64,000 nt of DNA. Source: Squalus acanthias (taxonomy: Eukaryota). A program made the translations under genes and the position numbers. The notes under the pieces were generated by a model. The model was not told where the DNA came from and searched no databases. It saw only the letters and a list, made by a program, of their open reading frames with translations. Within the stretch, counting starts at the first letter, position 1. Each line of letters begins with the position of its first letter. The DNA lies in assembly GCA_030390025.1 (NCBI GenBank), contig CM059432.1:97466001-97530000 (forward strand). Direction: 5' to 3'. Positions 26,078 to 39,299 of the stretch are shown piece by piece.

Positions 26078-26504
26078 TGAAAGGGGGATGGGAGGATTCA
26101 GGAAAGAATAAATTTAACAGCAGCAAGAGAAATGTCAAGGCTCTAGAGCAGAGTAAATTTCCAGGTAAAAATAAGCAGAGTGGGTCAGGAAGGGAGAGAG
26201 AGAGTAACAAAGGTAATAAGGCATCAGTGACTAAGGTGACATCAGGGAAAAATAGAAGTAAGTCAAAGCTAAAGGCGCTCTATCTGAATGCACAAAGCAT
26301 TCGCAACAAAATAGATGAATTAATAGTGCACATAGAAATTAATAGGTTTGATCGAATAGCCATTATGGAGACGTGGTTGCAATGTGGCCAAGGTTGAGAA
26401 CTAAATATTCCAGGATACTTAACTTTTAGAAGAGATAGGCAAAATGTAAAAGGAGGAGGGGTAGCCCTGATAATAAAGGATGGGATAAAGACAGCAGAGA
26501 GAAA

Positions 26505-27397
26505 GGGGTAAAAATTCACTTGGTTGCGCCTCCCGTTAGCGCCTTAAGAGGGCGCTAATGGGGCGCGAAGCCGCTAACGCCCGGACGCAGCGATGTTTGC
26601 GCCGCTCGAGAACTTAACTTGAGATTGTGCGGCGGCGCTAAAACTTACCGCTGCGACCACCTGCGCGCGCAGATTGTGACGTAATTCCATGGTGCAACGC
26701 CCTTGTGGCGCCCCGTAGCGGAAATTGAGTGGCGCCCCCTGCCTTACCGCCTGGCGCTTCCAACGACCAGAAGACTGGAACGCTATCAATCGCTGTGGGG
26801 CTGGGGGGGGCGCTATTTAAAGGGGGCCTCTTCCTGTCTTTTATTGTTGGTGGCATTTTTGAACTACGCATTCTGAGAGAGAGAGGGAGAGACTTCTGGA
26901 GAGATTCAACGTTGTGTGAAGGAGTTTTGGGTACTGAGCAGCACTTTGCAGGTTCATTTTGATTTGCCATTCCTTGTATCGATTTAGCAGAGACTGTGGG
27001 AGCTGCACTCTGAGTTCTTTGCCTGGTACTCTCCATTGTTCTTTCCAGCACATTTGATGTGCAAGTCTCTCCAGGCCGAGATTCAAGGCTGCAATCAACA
27101 GGATGTGGATGGAAAGCAAGATTAACCATCCCCTTTAAGAACTGGCCCGTGCCATTGTGTGTGTGTTCCATTGCTGACTGACATTACATGAGCTTCGCCA
27201 GCACTCTGAGGTAGCGCCTCACTGCTCGGCCTTTGCGCCTTAAGAGAGGTGTGCAGCGCCTGCTTTAGCGCTCCACTCACCTCCCGGGGCGGTAAAAGTG
27301 AAGTTTCCTGTCAGTGCCGATAATTAGCGCCAGGCGCTAATATTTGCGTCCGGACGATATTTGCGCCCCAAATGGGGCGCGACCTAATTTCTACCCC
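26505..27397 (+). mobile_element. Harbinger MITE family A (893 bp)
   Basis: GGGGTAAAAATT / AATTTCTACCCC, AAA TSD; nearly identical to 45754-46646. Confidence 0.93.
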
Positions 27398-29844
27398 AAA
27401 GGATCTTAGCTCCTAAAATCAAGAAGTAGAATCCATTTGGGTGGAGCTAATAAACACCAAGGGGCAGAAAACATTGGTGGGAGTTGTTTATAGGCCCCAA
27501 ACAGTAGTTGTAATGTAGGGCAGAGTATAAATCAGGAAATTAGAGGTGTATGTAAGAAGGGTAATACAGTAATCATGTGGGACTTTAATCTACATATAGA
27601 CTGGGCAAACCAAATTTGCAGTAATAGTGTGTAGGACAAATTCATGGAATGTATGCAAGATAGTTTTCTAGATCAGTAAGTTGAGGAACCAACTAGGTAA
27701 CAGGCTATTTTAGATCCGATATTGTGCAACGAGAAAGGGTTAATTAATAACCTTGTAGTAAAGGGCCTTTAGGGAAAAGTGACCATAATATGATAGAATT
27801 TTACATTGAGTTTGAAAGTGATTCAGTTAAGAAAGGAGGGAGAGAGAAAACGGGGAACTGCAGACCAATTAGCCTGACATCAGTAGTAAGGAAAATGCTA
27901 CAATCTATTATTAAGGACGTGGTAACAGGGCACTTAGAAAATAAAAATAGGATTGGACAGAGTCAACACGGATTTATTAAAGAGAAATCGTGTTTGACGA
28001 ATCTGGGGTCACAGTCTCAGAATAAGGGGTCGGCCATTTAGGACTGAGATGAGGAGAAATTTCTTCACTCAGAGGGTGGTGAATCTTTGGAATTCTCTAC
28101 CCAAGAGGGCTGTGGAGGCTCAGTCGTTGAGTATATTCAAGACAGAGATCGATAGATTGTTGGATATTAAGGGAATCAAGGGATATGGGGATAGTGCAGG
28201 AAAGTGGAGTTGAGGTAGAAGATCACCCATGATCTTATTGAATGGTGGAGCAGGCTCGAGGGGCCAAATGGCCTATTCCTGCTCCTATTTCTTATGTTCT
28301 TATGCTCTCACAACCATACCTCTGCTGCAACACTCACACGCACATCTCACACCTTGCGCACACTGACAGCTATTCAACTATGGCAGGCACATCACCCTAA
28401 AACATTACACTACACTCACTGACACCTTTCTCTTGCATACCAAGCTGGCTCATAACTGCCAGGAACCACAGCAGATGGGAGGTGGATATTCAGACCCTCA
28501 GCCACCTAGAGAAGTCAGTGCTCAACATCATTGGAGGGACAGTGACCGAGGTTGTGGCAACAGGAGAAGTTGAAGCCCTTGCTGATAGTGATGGTTTGGT
28601 CATTCATAATCCTTCTTCTCACATCCCACTTCCCCCTCATCCCACAATCTCTTCTCACTTACAAGCTGCGAATGGTGTATCTTGCTCTCCCCTCTCCCCT
28701 CACCACAACCCAACTCTTGTGCATTTCTGGTTTCGGATACCCAAAAACTGCCAGCAGGCCAGCCTGTCCCTCATGCTGTGGAGGAGAGTGAAGGAGGAGA
28801 AGAAGACACACAGTCGCTGTATCTGGCACTCACAGATACCAGGTCAGAAACTGGCACTGTGCAGAATGTAGAGGGGAGTATGGAGGCGGGATCTGCACAT
28901 GGTGAGGCACCGGGCATGAGTGGGCTGCAGCAAGGCCAGGGGGAAAGGGTAGCTCGAGGGCCAGCTCCCCGGAGGGTGAGTTAGCGCATGAGTTCTGCTG
29001 CACAGGATTCAGATGATGACCTCGATGGGGTGGCCTTCAGAAGAAGAGTGATGAGCATGCACACAGAAATGCTTGGTGCAATGGCAAGCCTGCCAGAGAG
29101 CCTCTTGTCAATGTCAAGGAGCATGGAGGAGTCCGGCTCCAACATTGGACGGGGCTTTGTGCAGAGCTTGGAGCCCATGATTTCCAGGATGGAAATGATG
29201 GACAACTCCAGGATAGACCTTGTGGAACCAGCCACGATGCAACGTGTGATGGGCGATGTCGCGGCTTCCATTGCAGCACAGGCTGAAGCGTCCCAACGTC
29301 TCAGTGCTGCAGCGGAAGCAGGCTCAGCTTTTGCCACCCAAGCTCAGACTGCTGCCATCATGGCTGAGTTTACGAGTGTCGAAAGAGGCTTACAGGGTGT
29401 CGCAGCAGTCCAACAATCTGTCCTCCAACAGATTGCTAGGGTTGCTGAGGTGCTGGCCCGGGGGAGTGGCAGTGGGTCAATGGAGCAGGAACCTGCTGTC
29501 CTCTCTCAGGATGACAGCATTCCTGTTCCCGCCACTGCCACTCCGCCATTGCCCTTGCCACTGCCTGTCATCCACCCAGCCCAGACTGCTGCCGCCCATG
29601 TCGAGGTGGTGCAGTTTACAGCCGGGGTTTTTGGGTCCATAGCTGGTCGAGGTCATCCTGCAAGGTCATCTGTAGTCTGCCCCACGGAAACTCACAGCCT
29701 TCCACCAGCCATACTGCAGCCACTGGGGGAGCACTGCGCAGGAGCACTAGAGTAGGAAAAGACACACGAATGACAAGCACTAAGGGATTGCACAAGGGTG
29801 ATTAGTTCATATTGTAATGTTGATTGAATTGTGAAAAATGTATT

Positions 29845-30587
29845 GGGCCAGAAATTCGGGTCGGAGGATTCCCGCGGGTGCAAGCCCCCAACCTGCACTT
29901 ACATAGCGCGCCTGCCGTTGTGCTGTGGGCCCGCGTGGGATTCCGATCCTGGGCCTCCTCCAGCTGCCGGTGTGCAGTGCTTGCGTATCCTAGGGGCGCA
30001 GTTAGTTCGAAGCGTCCCTGGGATCACGTGGGCCATGGGGAGCCAATCGGAGCAGGGAATCTCCATTCATAGATTTGACAGGAAGACCTGTCAAATCTAT
30101 GAATAGAGATCGGCCCCAAAACCTCACTAAAACTTCAAATAAATAAAAAAAAAATCACATTTTTAAAATAACTATAAATTACATAAATTAACTATTTTAA
30201 ACAAAAATTTACATTTTTGAAAAAATTACTTACAGTTTTTAACGGGGCTAAAAATAAACTTACCTTTCTTTAAAGTATTTAAAAAAGATAAACCTGTGGA
30301 AAAAATGTTTAAATTTTATTTAATTCACCACTTACCTTGTTAAAAGCAGGCCTTGTGCCTGCTTTTTCAACGCGCAGCTGCTAGGGACTTACCCTCACGG
30401 AGAAACCTGAAAAGAAAACGGAAGTTCCAGGCGTACGCGCTGCTTCTCCGGCGCACGCGTTTGACCTCCGAACCCCTTCCTTCAAGGGAACGGAAGTTCC
30501 GGTTTCCACGTGAAACCGGCACTTTCGTTGGGTCTACGGGTGAGTACACTGCGCGTACTCACCCGTGGAGACCCGGATTTCTGGCCC
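29845..30587 (-). mobile_element. Harbinger MITE family B
   Basis: TIR GGGCCAGAAAT / ATTTCTGGCCC, ATT TSD; opposite orientation to the copies at 33249 and 54996. Confidence 0.92.
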
Positions 30588-30728
30588 ATTAATTTTGTTT
30601 GGCATGCTTCTTTTGTGGTGGCTCTCATTTCAGCTTTGTGCCCAGGAGGAACCTGTGATATTCCATGACAGAGGAATCATATGATGGGGATGTGGTGAGC
30701 AACAGAGATCGGGGTTTCATTCAGTGGA

Positions 30729-31854
30729 ATCAGAATCCGATGAGGCCTTTATCGACTGCCCATCTGGAACGGCGATCTGCTGCCTGCCTCCTCCCTCCCT
30801 CCTGTTCCTCCTCATCCTCATCCTCATCCTCTTCCTCTTCCTCCTCCTCTTCTTCCTCCTACTCCTGAGGTGATCCCACAATCCCTGGTGGCAAGGGCTG
30901 TGCCCTCATGTTGGCCAAGTTGTGAAGCATGCAGCAGACCACCACGAAATGGGACACCCGCTCTGGTGAGTACTGGAGGGCTCCTCCTGAGCAGTCAAGG
31001 CAACGGAATCATTGCTTCAGCAGCCCTATGGTCTGCTCGATTATGTTCCTGGTGGCATCATGGCTGTCATTATATGAGTGTTGGGCAGGATTGGTGGAGT
31101 TGCGCAGGGGAGTCATCAGCCAGGTGTAGAGCTGATAGCACTTGTCTTCGAGCAAGCACCCTCGGGTTTGGTTTGGTAGCTGGAAGAGTGCTGGCACACC
31201 AGGTTGACGCAGGATGAAGGCATCATGACTGTTGCCAGGATAGCAGGCATTGACCATCATGATGTGCTGGGTGTGGTCGCACAACAACTACACATTAAGT
31301 TAATGGTAGCCTTTGCTCAGGATTGGTATGCGGTGCCTGCAAAGCCACGTGGGTGCAGTTGATGGCGCCCTGCACCATGGGGAAACCTGCTATGCTGGCA
31401 AAGCCACATGTGTGGTCCTTCAGCTTCTCTCTGTTCCGACAGAACACAATGTAGTCCCATCTCCTGGTGTAGAGAGTCTGTGACCTCCCGGATGCAGGGA
31501 TGGACGGCGAACTGGAAGATGTTTGCTATGTCTCCTGCTGCAGTCTAGATGGATCCCTGGCAAAGAAATTGGAGGCCACGGTGACCTTGAGGGCTACTGG
31601 GAGAGCCGTGTTTGCCGTGCTCTGAGGCTGCAGGTCTGGTTGGAGGAGGTGACAGAGTTATATGACCACCTCCTTGGTGAAGCGGCTCCTGGCTCCTGGC
31701 TTAAGTGGAGGTAGGAGAAGTGCTCTCGGAAGACCCTTGGTGGGAAAGGCTTCCTGCTTCTCCTTCTGTGCTCATCTTCTCCTCTTCTTCGCTGCCTCCG
31801 CTCCCTCTCCCGAAGATACTCGAGCGTGAGGGGGACTGACAGTCGAGCCCCCAT
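30729..31854 (-). pseudogene. Degenerate Harbinger transposase
   Basis: [38 protein letters not shown], acidic tail. Confidence 0.85.
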
Positions 31855-32393
31855 GACTGTGAGCAAGTGGTTTGAGCAGAAGCCTTTAAATGAGAATGAA
31901 GCCGTTCTCCATTTGCATCAACACTCCCTGTTACCTCAGGTACTTGAAACAAGTTTAGAAATCTGCAAGATTTGGAGAAAGTTACACAGAGCCAGCCAAA
32001 CTGAAAAGTCATGTCAGCTACAAGGTGTGGATGATGCTGGAGGCTCCTTCCTGCTACTGAACACTTGGTCAGCTGGCCGTGATTAACACTGGCCGGTAAG
32101 TGGACCAGCAATAGCGAAAATGGCAGATCAGGCATCCAGTGAGCGTTGCACACTCACTGACATCACGATCTGTCTAAGCTAAATATCTGCAACGAGTGCA
32201 GGTATTAGCAATGCTGCCGACCTGCCCAAAATGGCAGCCGCCACAGCCCCCACCGGAAGCAGGTGGAAGTGAGGTGGCTGCCATTTTTCCTTCAAAACAG
32301 GCCTTAATGGCCAGCGCTAAACCCCCGAATTTCTAGGCCATTGTCTTTTGTATTCGTCTGCAGTATGATTCAGAGTCTGCACTCTGAAGACCA

Positions 32394-35300
32394 TTTTTTT
32401 TATTCGTTATGGGATGTGGGCGTCGCTGGCAAGGCCAGCATTTATTTCCCATTCCTAATTGCCCTTGAGAAGGTGTTGGTGAGCCGCCTTCTTGAACCGC
32501 TGCAGTCCGTGTGGTGAAGGTACTCCCACAGTGCTGTTAGGTAGGGAGTTCCAGTATTTTGACCCAGCGACGATGAAGATTCGATGATATACTTCTAAGT
32601 CAGGATGGTGTGTGACTTGGAGGGGAACTTGGAGGTGGTGGTGTTCCCATGCGCCTGCTGCCCTTCTCCTTCTAGGTGGAAGAGGTTGCGAGTTTGGGAG
32701 GTGCTGTCAAAGAAGCCTTGGTGAGTTGCTGCAGTGCATCTTGTAGATGGTACACACTGCAGCCACGGTACATCAGTGGTGGAGGGAGTGAATGTTTAAG
32801 GTGGTGGATGGGGTGCCAATCAAGCAGGCTGCTTTGTCCTGGATGGTGTCAAGCTTCTTGAGTGTTGTTGGAGCTGCACTCATCCAGGCAAGTGGAGAGT
32901 ATTCCATCACACTCCTTACTTGTGCCTTGTAGATCGTGGAAAGGCTTTGGGGAGTTAGGAGGTGAGACACTCGCCGCAGAATACCCAGCCTCTGACCTGC
33001 TCTTGTTGCTACAGTACTTATGTGGCTGGTCCAGTTAAGTTTCTTGTCAATGGTGACCCCCAGGATGATGATGGTGGGGAATTCGGTGATGGTAATACTG
33101 TTGAATGTCAATGGGAGGTGGTTAGACTCTCATTTGTTGGAGATAGTCATTGCCTGGCACTTCTGTGGCGCGAATGTTACCTGCCACTTATCAGCCAAAG
33201 CCTGAACGTCGTCCAGGTCTTGTTGCAGCGGGCATGGACTGCTTCATTGGGCCAGAAATTCAGCACTTGCCGGGTGAGTACGCGCTGTGTACTCACCCGT
33301 AAGGCCTCCTGAAGTGCCGGTTTCCTGCATGCACTGCGCATGTGCGGGAAGCCGGAACTTCCGTTCCCCTGAAGGGAGGGGTTCAGAGGTGAACCGCGTG
33401 CGCGGGAGAGGCTGCGCGCACGCAGCGAACTTCGTTTTTTTTTCAGGTTTCTCCGGGAAGGTAAGTATGGAGAAGCTGCGCTTTTAAAAAGGAGGCGCAA
33501 GACCCGTTTTTAACAAGGTAAGTGGTAAATTAATTACAATTTAAATTTTTTTTCAACAGGTTTAGCTTTTTTAGATACTTTAAAGAAAGGTAAGTTTATT
33601 TTTGGCACTGTTAAAAAGTATTTTAATTTTTTCAAAAATTTTAATTTTTGTTTAAAGTAGTTAATTTATTTAACTTATAGTTATTTTAAAAATGTGATGT
33701 TTTTTTTAAATTTATTTGAAGTTTAGGTGTTGTTTTGGGGCCGATTTCAGTTCATAGATTTGACAGGTCTTCCTGTCAAATCTATGAATGAAAATGCCCT
33801 GCTAGGATTGGCTCTCCATGGCCCACGTGATCCCAGGGGACGCTTCGAACTAACTGCGCCCCTGGGATACGCAAGCACTGCGCGCCGGCAGCTGCAGGAG
33901 GCCCAGGACCCGAAGTTCTCGTGGGTCCAAAACACGTCGGCAGGCGCGGTAGGTAAGTACGCGCGTGATGCTTGCATCCGCAGGAAGCTGGAAAACCGAA
34001 TTTCTGGCCCATTATCTGAGGAGTTGTGAATGGCGCTGAACACTGTGCAGTCATCAGCGAACATCCCCATTTCTGACCTTATGTTGGAGGGAAGGTCATA
34101 GATTAAGCAGCTGAAGATGGTTGGGCCTAAGACACTGCCCTGAGGAACTCCTGCAGCGATGTCCTGGGGCTGTGATGATTGACCTTCAACCACCACAACC
34201 ATTTTCATTTGTGCTAGCTATGACTCCAGCTAGTGGAGCGTTTTCCCCCCCCGATTCCCATCGACTTCAGTTTTGCTAGGGCTCCTTGATTCCACACTCG
34301 GTTAAATGCTGCCTTGATGTCTAGGGCAGTCACTCTCACCTCACCTCTGGAATTCAGCTCCTTTGTCCATGTTTGGACCAAGGCTGTAATGAGGTCAGGA
34401 GCCGAGTGGTCTTGGCGGAACCCAAACTGGGCATCAGTGAAAGGGTTATTGGTGAGTAAGTGCCGCTTGATAGCACTGTTGATGACACTTTCCATCATTT
34501 TGCTGATAATTGAGAGTAGACTGATGTTGGGCAGTAATTAGCCGGGTTGAATTTGTCCTGCTTTTTGTGGACAGGACATACCTGGGTAGTTTTCCACATT
34601 GTCGGATAGATGCCAGTGTTGTAGCTGTACTGGAACAGCTTGGCTAGAGGCGCGGCTAGTTCTGGAGCACAAATCTTCAGCACGATTGCCGGAATGTTGT
34701 CGGGGCCCATAGGCCTTTGCTGTATCCAGTGTGCTCAGCCGTTTCTTGATATCACGTGGAGTGAATCGAATTGGCTGTAGACTGGCTTCTGTGTTGTTAG
34801 GGACCTCAGGAGGAGGCTGATATGGATCATCCACTCGCCACTTCTGGCTGAAGATGGTTGCAAACGCTTCAGCCTTGTCTTTTGCACTCACATGCTGGGC
34901 TCCACCATCATTGCGGATGGGGATATTCATGGAGCTTCCTCTTCCCATTAATTGTTTAATGGCCCACCACCATTCACGACTGGATGTGGCAGGACTGCAG
35001 AGCTTTGATCTGATCCGTTGATTGTGGGATCGCCTAGCCCTGTCTATAGCATGCTGCTTCTGCTTTTTAGCATGCATGTCGTCCTGTGTTGCAGCTTCCC
35101 CAAGTTGGCACCTCATTTTTAGGTATGCCTGGTGCTGTTCCTGGCATGCTCTTCTACACTCCTTATTGAACCAGGGTTGGTCCCCTGGCTTGATGGTAAT
35201 GGTAGAGTGAGGGATACGCCAGGCCATGAGGTTACAGATTGTGGTGGAATGCAATTCTGCTGCTGCTGATGGCCCACAGCACCTCATGGATGCCTAGTTT

Positions 35301-36062
35301 TGAGCTGCTAGATCTGTTCTGAATCTATCCCATTTAGCCGGTGGTAGTGCCACACAACACGTTGGAGGGTGTCCTCAGTGTGAAGACGGGACTTCGTCTC
35401 CACAATGATTGTGCGGTGGTCACTGCTACCAATACTGTCATGGACAGATGCATCTGCAACAGGTAGATTGGTGAGGACAAGGTCAAGTAGATTTTTCCCT
35501 CGTGTTGGTTCTCTCACCACCTGTCGCAGGCCCAAACTGGCAGTCATGTCCTTCAGGACTCGGCCAGCTCGGTCAGTAGTGGTGCTACTGAGCCACTCTT
35601 GATGATGGACATTGAAGTCCCCCACCCAGACTACATTTTGTGCCCTTGCTACTTTTAGTGCTTCTTTCAAGTGGTGTTCAACATGGAGGACTTCTGATTC
35701 ATCAGCTGAGAGAGGGCGTTGGTGGTAATCAGCTGGAGGTTTCCTTGCCCATGCTTGACCTGAAGCCATGAGACTTCATGGGGTCCAGAGTCAATGTTGA
35801 GAACTCCCAGGGCCACTCCCTCCCGACTGTATACCACTGTGCCGCCACCCCTGGTGGGTCTGTCCTGCCGGTGGGTCAGGACATACTCAGGGATGGTGAT
35901 GGAGGAGTTTGGGACATTGGCTGAAAGGTATGATTCTGTGAATATGACTATGTCAGGCTGTTGCTTGACTAGTCTGTGGGACAGCTCTCCCAATTTTGGC
36001 ACAAGTCCCCAGATGTTGGTGAGGAGGATCTTGCAGGGTCGATTGGGCTGGGTGTGCCATTG
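32394..36062 (-). mobile_element. Second copy of the LINE family at 4722-8485, including the APE endonuclease
   Basis: PDIVIFTES, VGDFNVHH, LLDLVLTN, SSDH; GVPQGSVLGP, MFADDCT; poly-T tail at 32394. Confidence 0.92.
33249..34010 (+). mobile_element. Harbinger MITE family B inside the LINE
   Basis: GGGCCAGAAATTC / GAATTTCTGGCCC, ATT TSD. Confidence 0.92.
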
Positions 36063-36869
36063 CCTGCCAATCTTTAGCTCATGACAATTCTCTTCTTCCT
36101 GCTATTAATAAAGATGATATGATAAGAAAAATATTGCAGTTGCTTAGCACTTGAGCATCAACAGTTGCAAAGAATGTAATCGTTGTTTATAAAAAACAAA
36201 ATGATTTTCACCATCTAAAATCATGTTTTGTCTTATGTTGAATGTATTCTGTTCCAAAGGACCAGAAAGTTTTAATAATTTTATTTTGCTTGTAGTATTA
36301 ATTAAAATAATCCTTTGATAAATATGAGCAAACAGGCCTGAATTATTTCAGACTTTGATAATCCAGATTGGCCCTTTTATCTTCTTTGAATTTATATGTT
36401 GTGACTGAAGCAGGAAGACCTCTCAACTGGAATCTCAGGACAGAAGAGATAGAAAAATAAAATAGACCTCAGCACAGAATGTAGACATATCAAAATGTCT
36501 TAGGAGTAGGAATTACAGGCTTCCAGTTGTAAGCAGAATAAGTTGAACGAAATGGAAATCATGTATAATGATATTCTTGAAATATATGGCAAGTCATATT
36601 ACCAGTGTAGGTATTAGTTGGGCATTTAAATGATTTTATACAAAATTATGCCATATATAAAGCCATTTATCGCATAATGACATTTAAAACTGAATTTGAA
36701 ATGTTTTACTCTCCATTGAAATGTATGTGGATGGGGTGAAACTTTTGAATTAAAGAACAGCATTATTATACTGAGGTTACTGGAGGCGGGGAATGCTGCT
36801 GATACTGCAATAACTGTTCAAAACTAATTCCAAGAGAAGTATCAATGTACTATATAGTAATGAATCTAT

Positions 36870-37420
36870 GGCCGGAATTTTACATTTTTGACCCGCACGA
36901 AGCGGGGGGGGGGGGGGGCGGGGGCAGGGAGCGGAAGGTGGTACGGGAGAGTGTAGGGAACCCGCACACCATGGGACGGACAGATTCCCCGCCTGGAAGT
37001 CAGCCGATTGACAGGCTGGCTTCCAGTCTGGCGGTGAAAGCTGGACAGGAGGCCACAATCTCAGGTAGGTGCGAGCCCCGACCCTGGAGGGGTGGGGGGG
37101 CGGATCAATCCCAGGGGGTGGTGGTGGGGGGGATTCCAATCCCCAACCGTGGGGTGGGACGGGGGGTTCCGATCCCTGACCCGGGGCGGGGGAGGTGGTG
37201 CTGATGGTGAGAACTCCTGCTCCTCCCAGCCCACAAGGATTGCTCCCCGAGGCTGTCCTCACCTCGCTGCAGCTGCCGGGGACCCTGAGGCCCGGGATCC
37301 CTGGCCACAGTTAAACCTGCACAGCACATTAAAGCAGAGGCTTCCAGCCTCATTATAATATTTAAAGTGCCAATCTACCTCCTGCGGGTTGGCTGCCCGC
37401 CCCACGTCCCGCCTCCGTTA
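36870..37420. mobile_element. GC-rich MITE-like fragment
   Basis: Starts GGCCGGAATTTT; abrupt GC/CpG-rich block in AT-rich DNA; no right TIR seen. Confidence 0.4.
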
Positions 37421-37814
37421 AACACATTTTTTATTCTTTGCCGATCCATCATATTAACTTTGGTGATCAGGAATACTCCCCTGCAGTAATGACTGATAAC
37501 TCCTGTTTGGCATTTGCACTCAGAGGAGGAATAAGGCACCTGATTAACTTAACAATTATTATCACCCTGGTGTCTACAAATATTCTATGGTGAGAATACT
37601 TTCAGTTGCAGACTATGCAGCAATATCTTCTCTTTTCAGCGTAACACCATTACATTTGGTCTCAGGGGCTTGGGCACAGTGGAATTTGGGAAAGGAATGT
37701 AGTTGTGGTGTGTCTATGGCACCTTGTAAATGGTCAACCATCTCTTAATTTACTCTGTGAGGGCATGGTAGGTATGGAGGTGAGTCCAGAATGCACAGGG
37801 CAATTGAGACCTGA

Positions 37815-38323
37815 CTTACCTTCACCAGCTTTGTGAGGTCATTAACTTGTTTTAGGCCCTGTGGGGTGCTCGAGATTACATTAATGTCTGAGGCACCTCC
37901 CTCCACACTGCTTGCACCACCCTGTTTTGTGGCTTCCTGTCATGTGTGCCGAGGAGCCAATGTCTCCTTGCTGTTATCTCCACCAACAGAATCTCCAGGG
38001 AAGCTTCTGAAAATCTGGGGGGGGTTTGTTCCAACAGACTCCTGCAATGTTGTTCCTCATTCTGCCATTTCAGACCTCGCACTCGTGTTCCTCAATTTTA
38101 AGTTTGTCTGACTCTTTAAGTAACTGCAGCCTTTTAGTGCTGCAGCAAAACTGCATTTCCCTCCCAGTTTGGGTAAAGCATTTAGGAACAGAAAAACCAC
38201 TGAAAATCGGTGATGCATACCAAATAGTTCCCTCCAGGAAAATGCTGTGGGTTTCCAGCGAAGTCATGTAGTGACGGAAGTCCTGCCATGCCACGTTTCC
38301 AGTGGGTGGAGGGGAATCTAGCC
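37815..38323 (-). mobile_element. Harbinger remnant with Myb exon 1
   Basis: PRFSEASLEILLVEITARRHWL...AVWREV...VNDLTKLVK then GTAAGT; terminus GAATCTAGCCC. Confidence 0.65.
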
Positions 38324-38334
38324 CTAGATGTCAG

Positions 38335-38710
38335 CTTGGCTCAGTTCATAGCATTCCCATCTGTGCAGCACAAGGTTGTGGGTTTACGCCCCACCATGAA
38401 CTGAAGCATATAATTCAGACTGGCACTTATGTGCAGCACTGAAGGAATACTACAGTGTTGGAGGTGATCTCCTTTTGATGAGATGTTGAACTGATGTACA
38501 TCTCCCTGCCCACATAGACATAAAAGATCCCATGACATTATTCAAAGAGAAACAGGGACTATATCCTGGCCAATATACTTCTCTCAACCAACTCCACCAA
38601 AAACAGACTACCTGACCATTCCTTTATCTTATATTTGTGGGACCTTGCTGTGCACAAGTTGGCCGTCATGTTTGCCAACATTACAACAGTGAGCTCACTT
38701 CAAAAATGTG
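38335..38710 (+). mobile_element. Diverged Deu-domain SINE
   Basis: tRNA-like head GGCTCAGT...GGTTGTGGGTTT; core TAAAAGATCCCATG...TGTGGGACCTTGCTGTGCACAA; homologous to 45190-45280 plus 59567-59932. Confidence 0.7.
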
Positions 38711-39299
38711 CCAAGTTCCTTGATCCATCCGTAGAACCAATAATCAGTACAGGCAGGAGTCTGCAGACTAGAGACCAAACAGCCTAGCACCCAACCTGTT
38801 TGATGGCTGCTGAAGTCAAAGTGGTGCTGCATGAGATGGTTTGAGGAGGGCAGCCCTCTGTGCCACTCTATGGTGCCATTGCCCTACATCAGCATTGCAG
38901 CATGCCTGCAGGGAGATGGATTCGAGTTCAGGCTATAGCTGACTACTACTGTCAATGCATACAACACAGCCTTATGCTATGTGGTATTGTAGTTGTAAGG
39001 GCTCTGAAAACAGATAGCACAGGTTTGCTTCTGCCTCTTTGCTGACACTGACCTTGAGAGGACAGTTCACCACGGTTGTTGCCAGGTGGATGTGCCAGGC
39101 CATGTAGAAATGGTTGGTGGCAACTTGGCAGGTGCATAACAGGTTATATCAGGTTATGTCAGCTTTTGATCACCTTGGCTTGCCACTGAAAGCACACCAT
39201 GCTGTAATTAGGATGCTCCAAATTCAAATGGGCTTCATTTATATTGGATTTCCTGCATACCAGAACAGCGAGAAAGGCCCTCAAATACATGCCTAACCG

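Larger units (their letters stand above)
24882..28304 (+). mobile_element. CR1 LINE retaining its 5' end, RT mostly deleted
   Basis: ORF1, APE endonuclease (YLNAQSIRNK), short RT remnant NCRPISLTS, CR1 3' tail GGCCTATTCCTGCTCCTATTTCTTATG; probable CTCACAA TSD. Confidence 0.88.
24503..29800 (+). pseudogene. Harbinger Myb/SANT gene (exons ~24503-24727, ~28441-28593, ~28737-29800)
   Basis: MAQQPRERERRISGAALE...WQEIA...CQKKFNNLIRQVK then GTGAGT; last exon homologous to 2876-3763. Confidence 0.8.
24210..32339. mobile_element. Full-span degenerate PIF/Harbinger transposon with nested CR1 and two MITEs
   Basis: TIRs GGCCTAAAAATTGG / CCGAATTTCTAGGCC, ATT TSD; Myb gene on +, transposase on -. Confidence 0.85.

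Noticed and set aside
26638..27171. 177-aa ORF repeated at 45887-46420
   Set aside because: Lies within near-identical MITE copies, has no recognisable domain and is truncated in the copy at 14321
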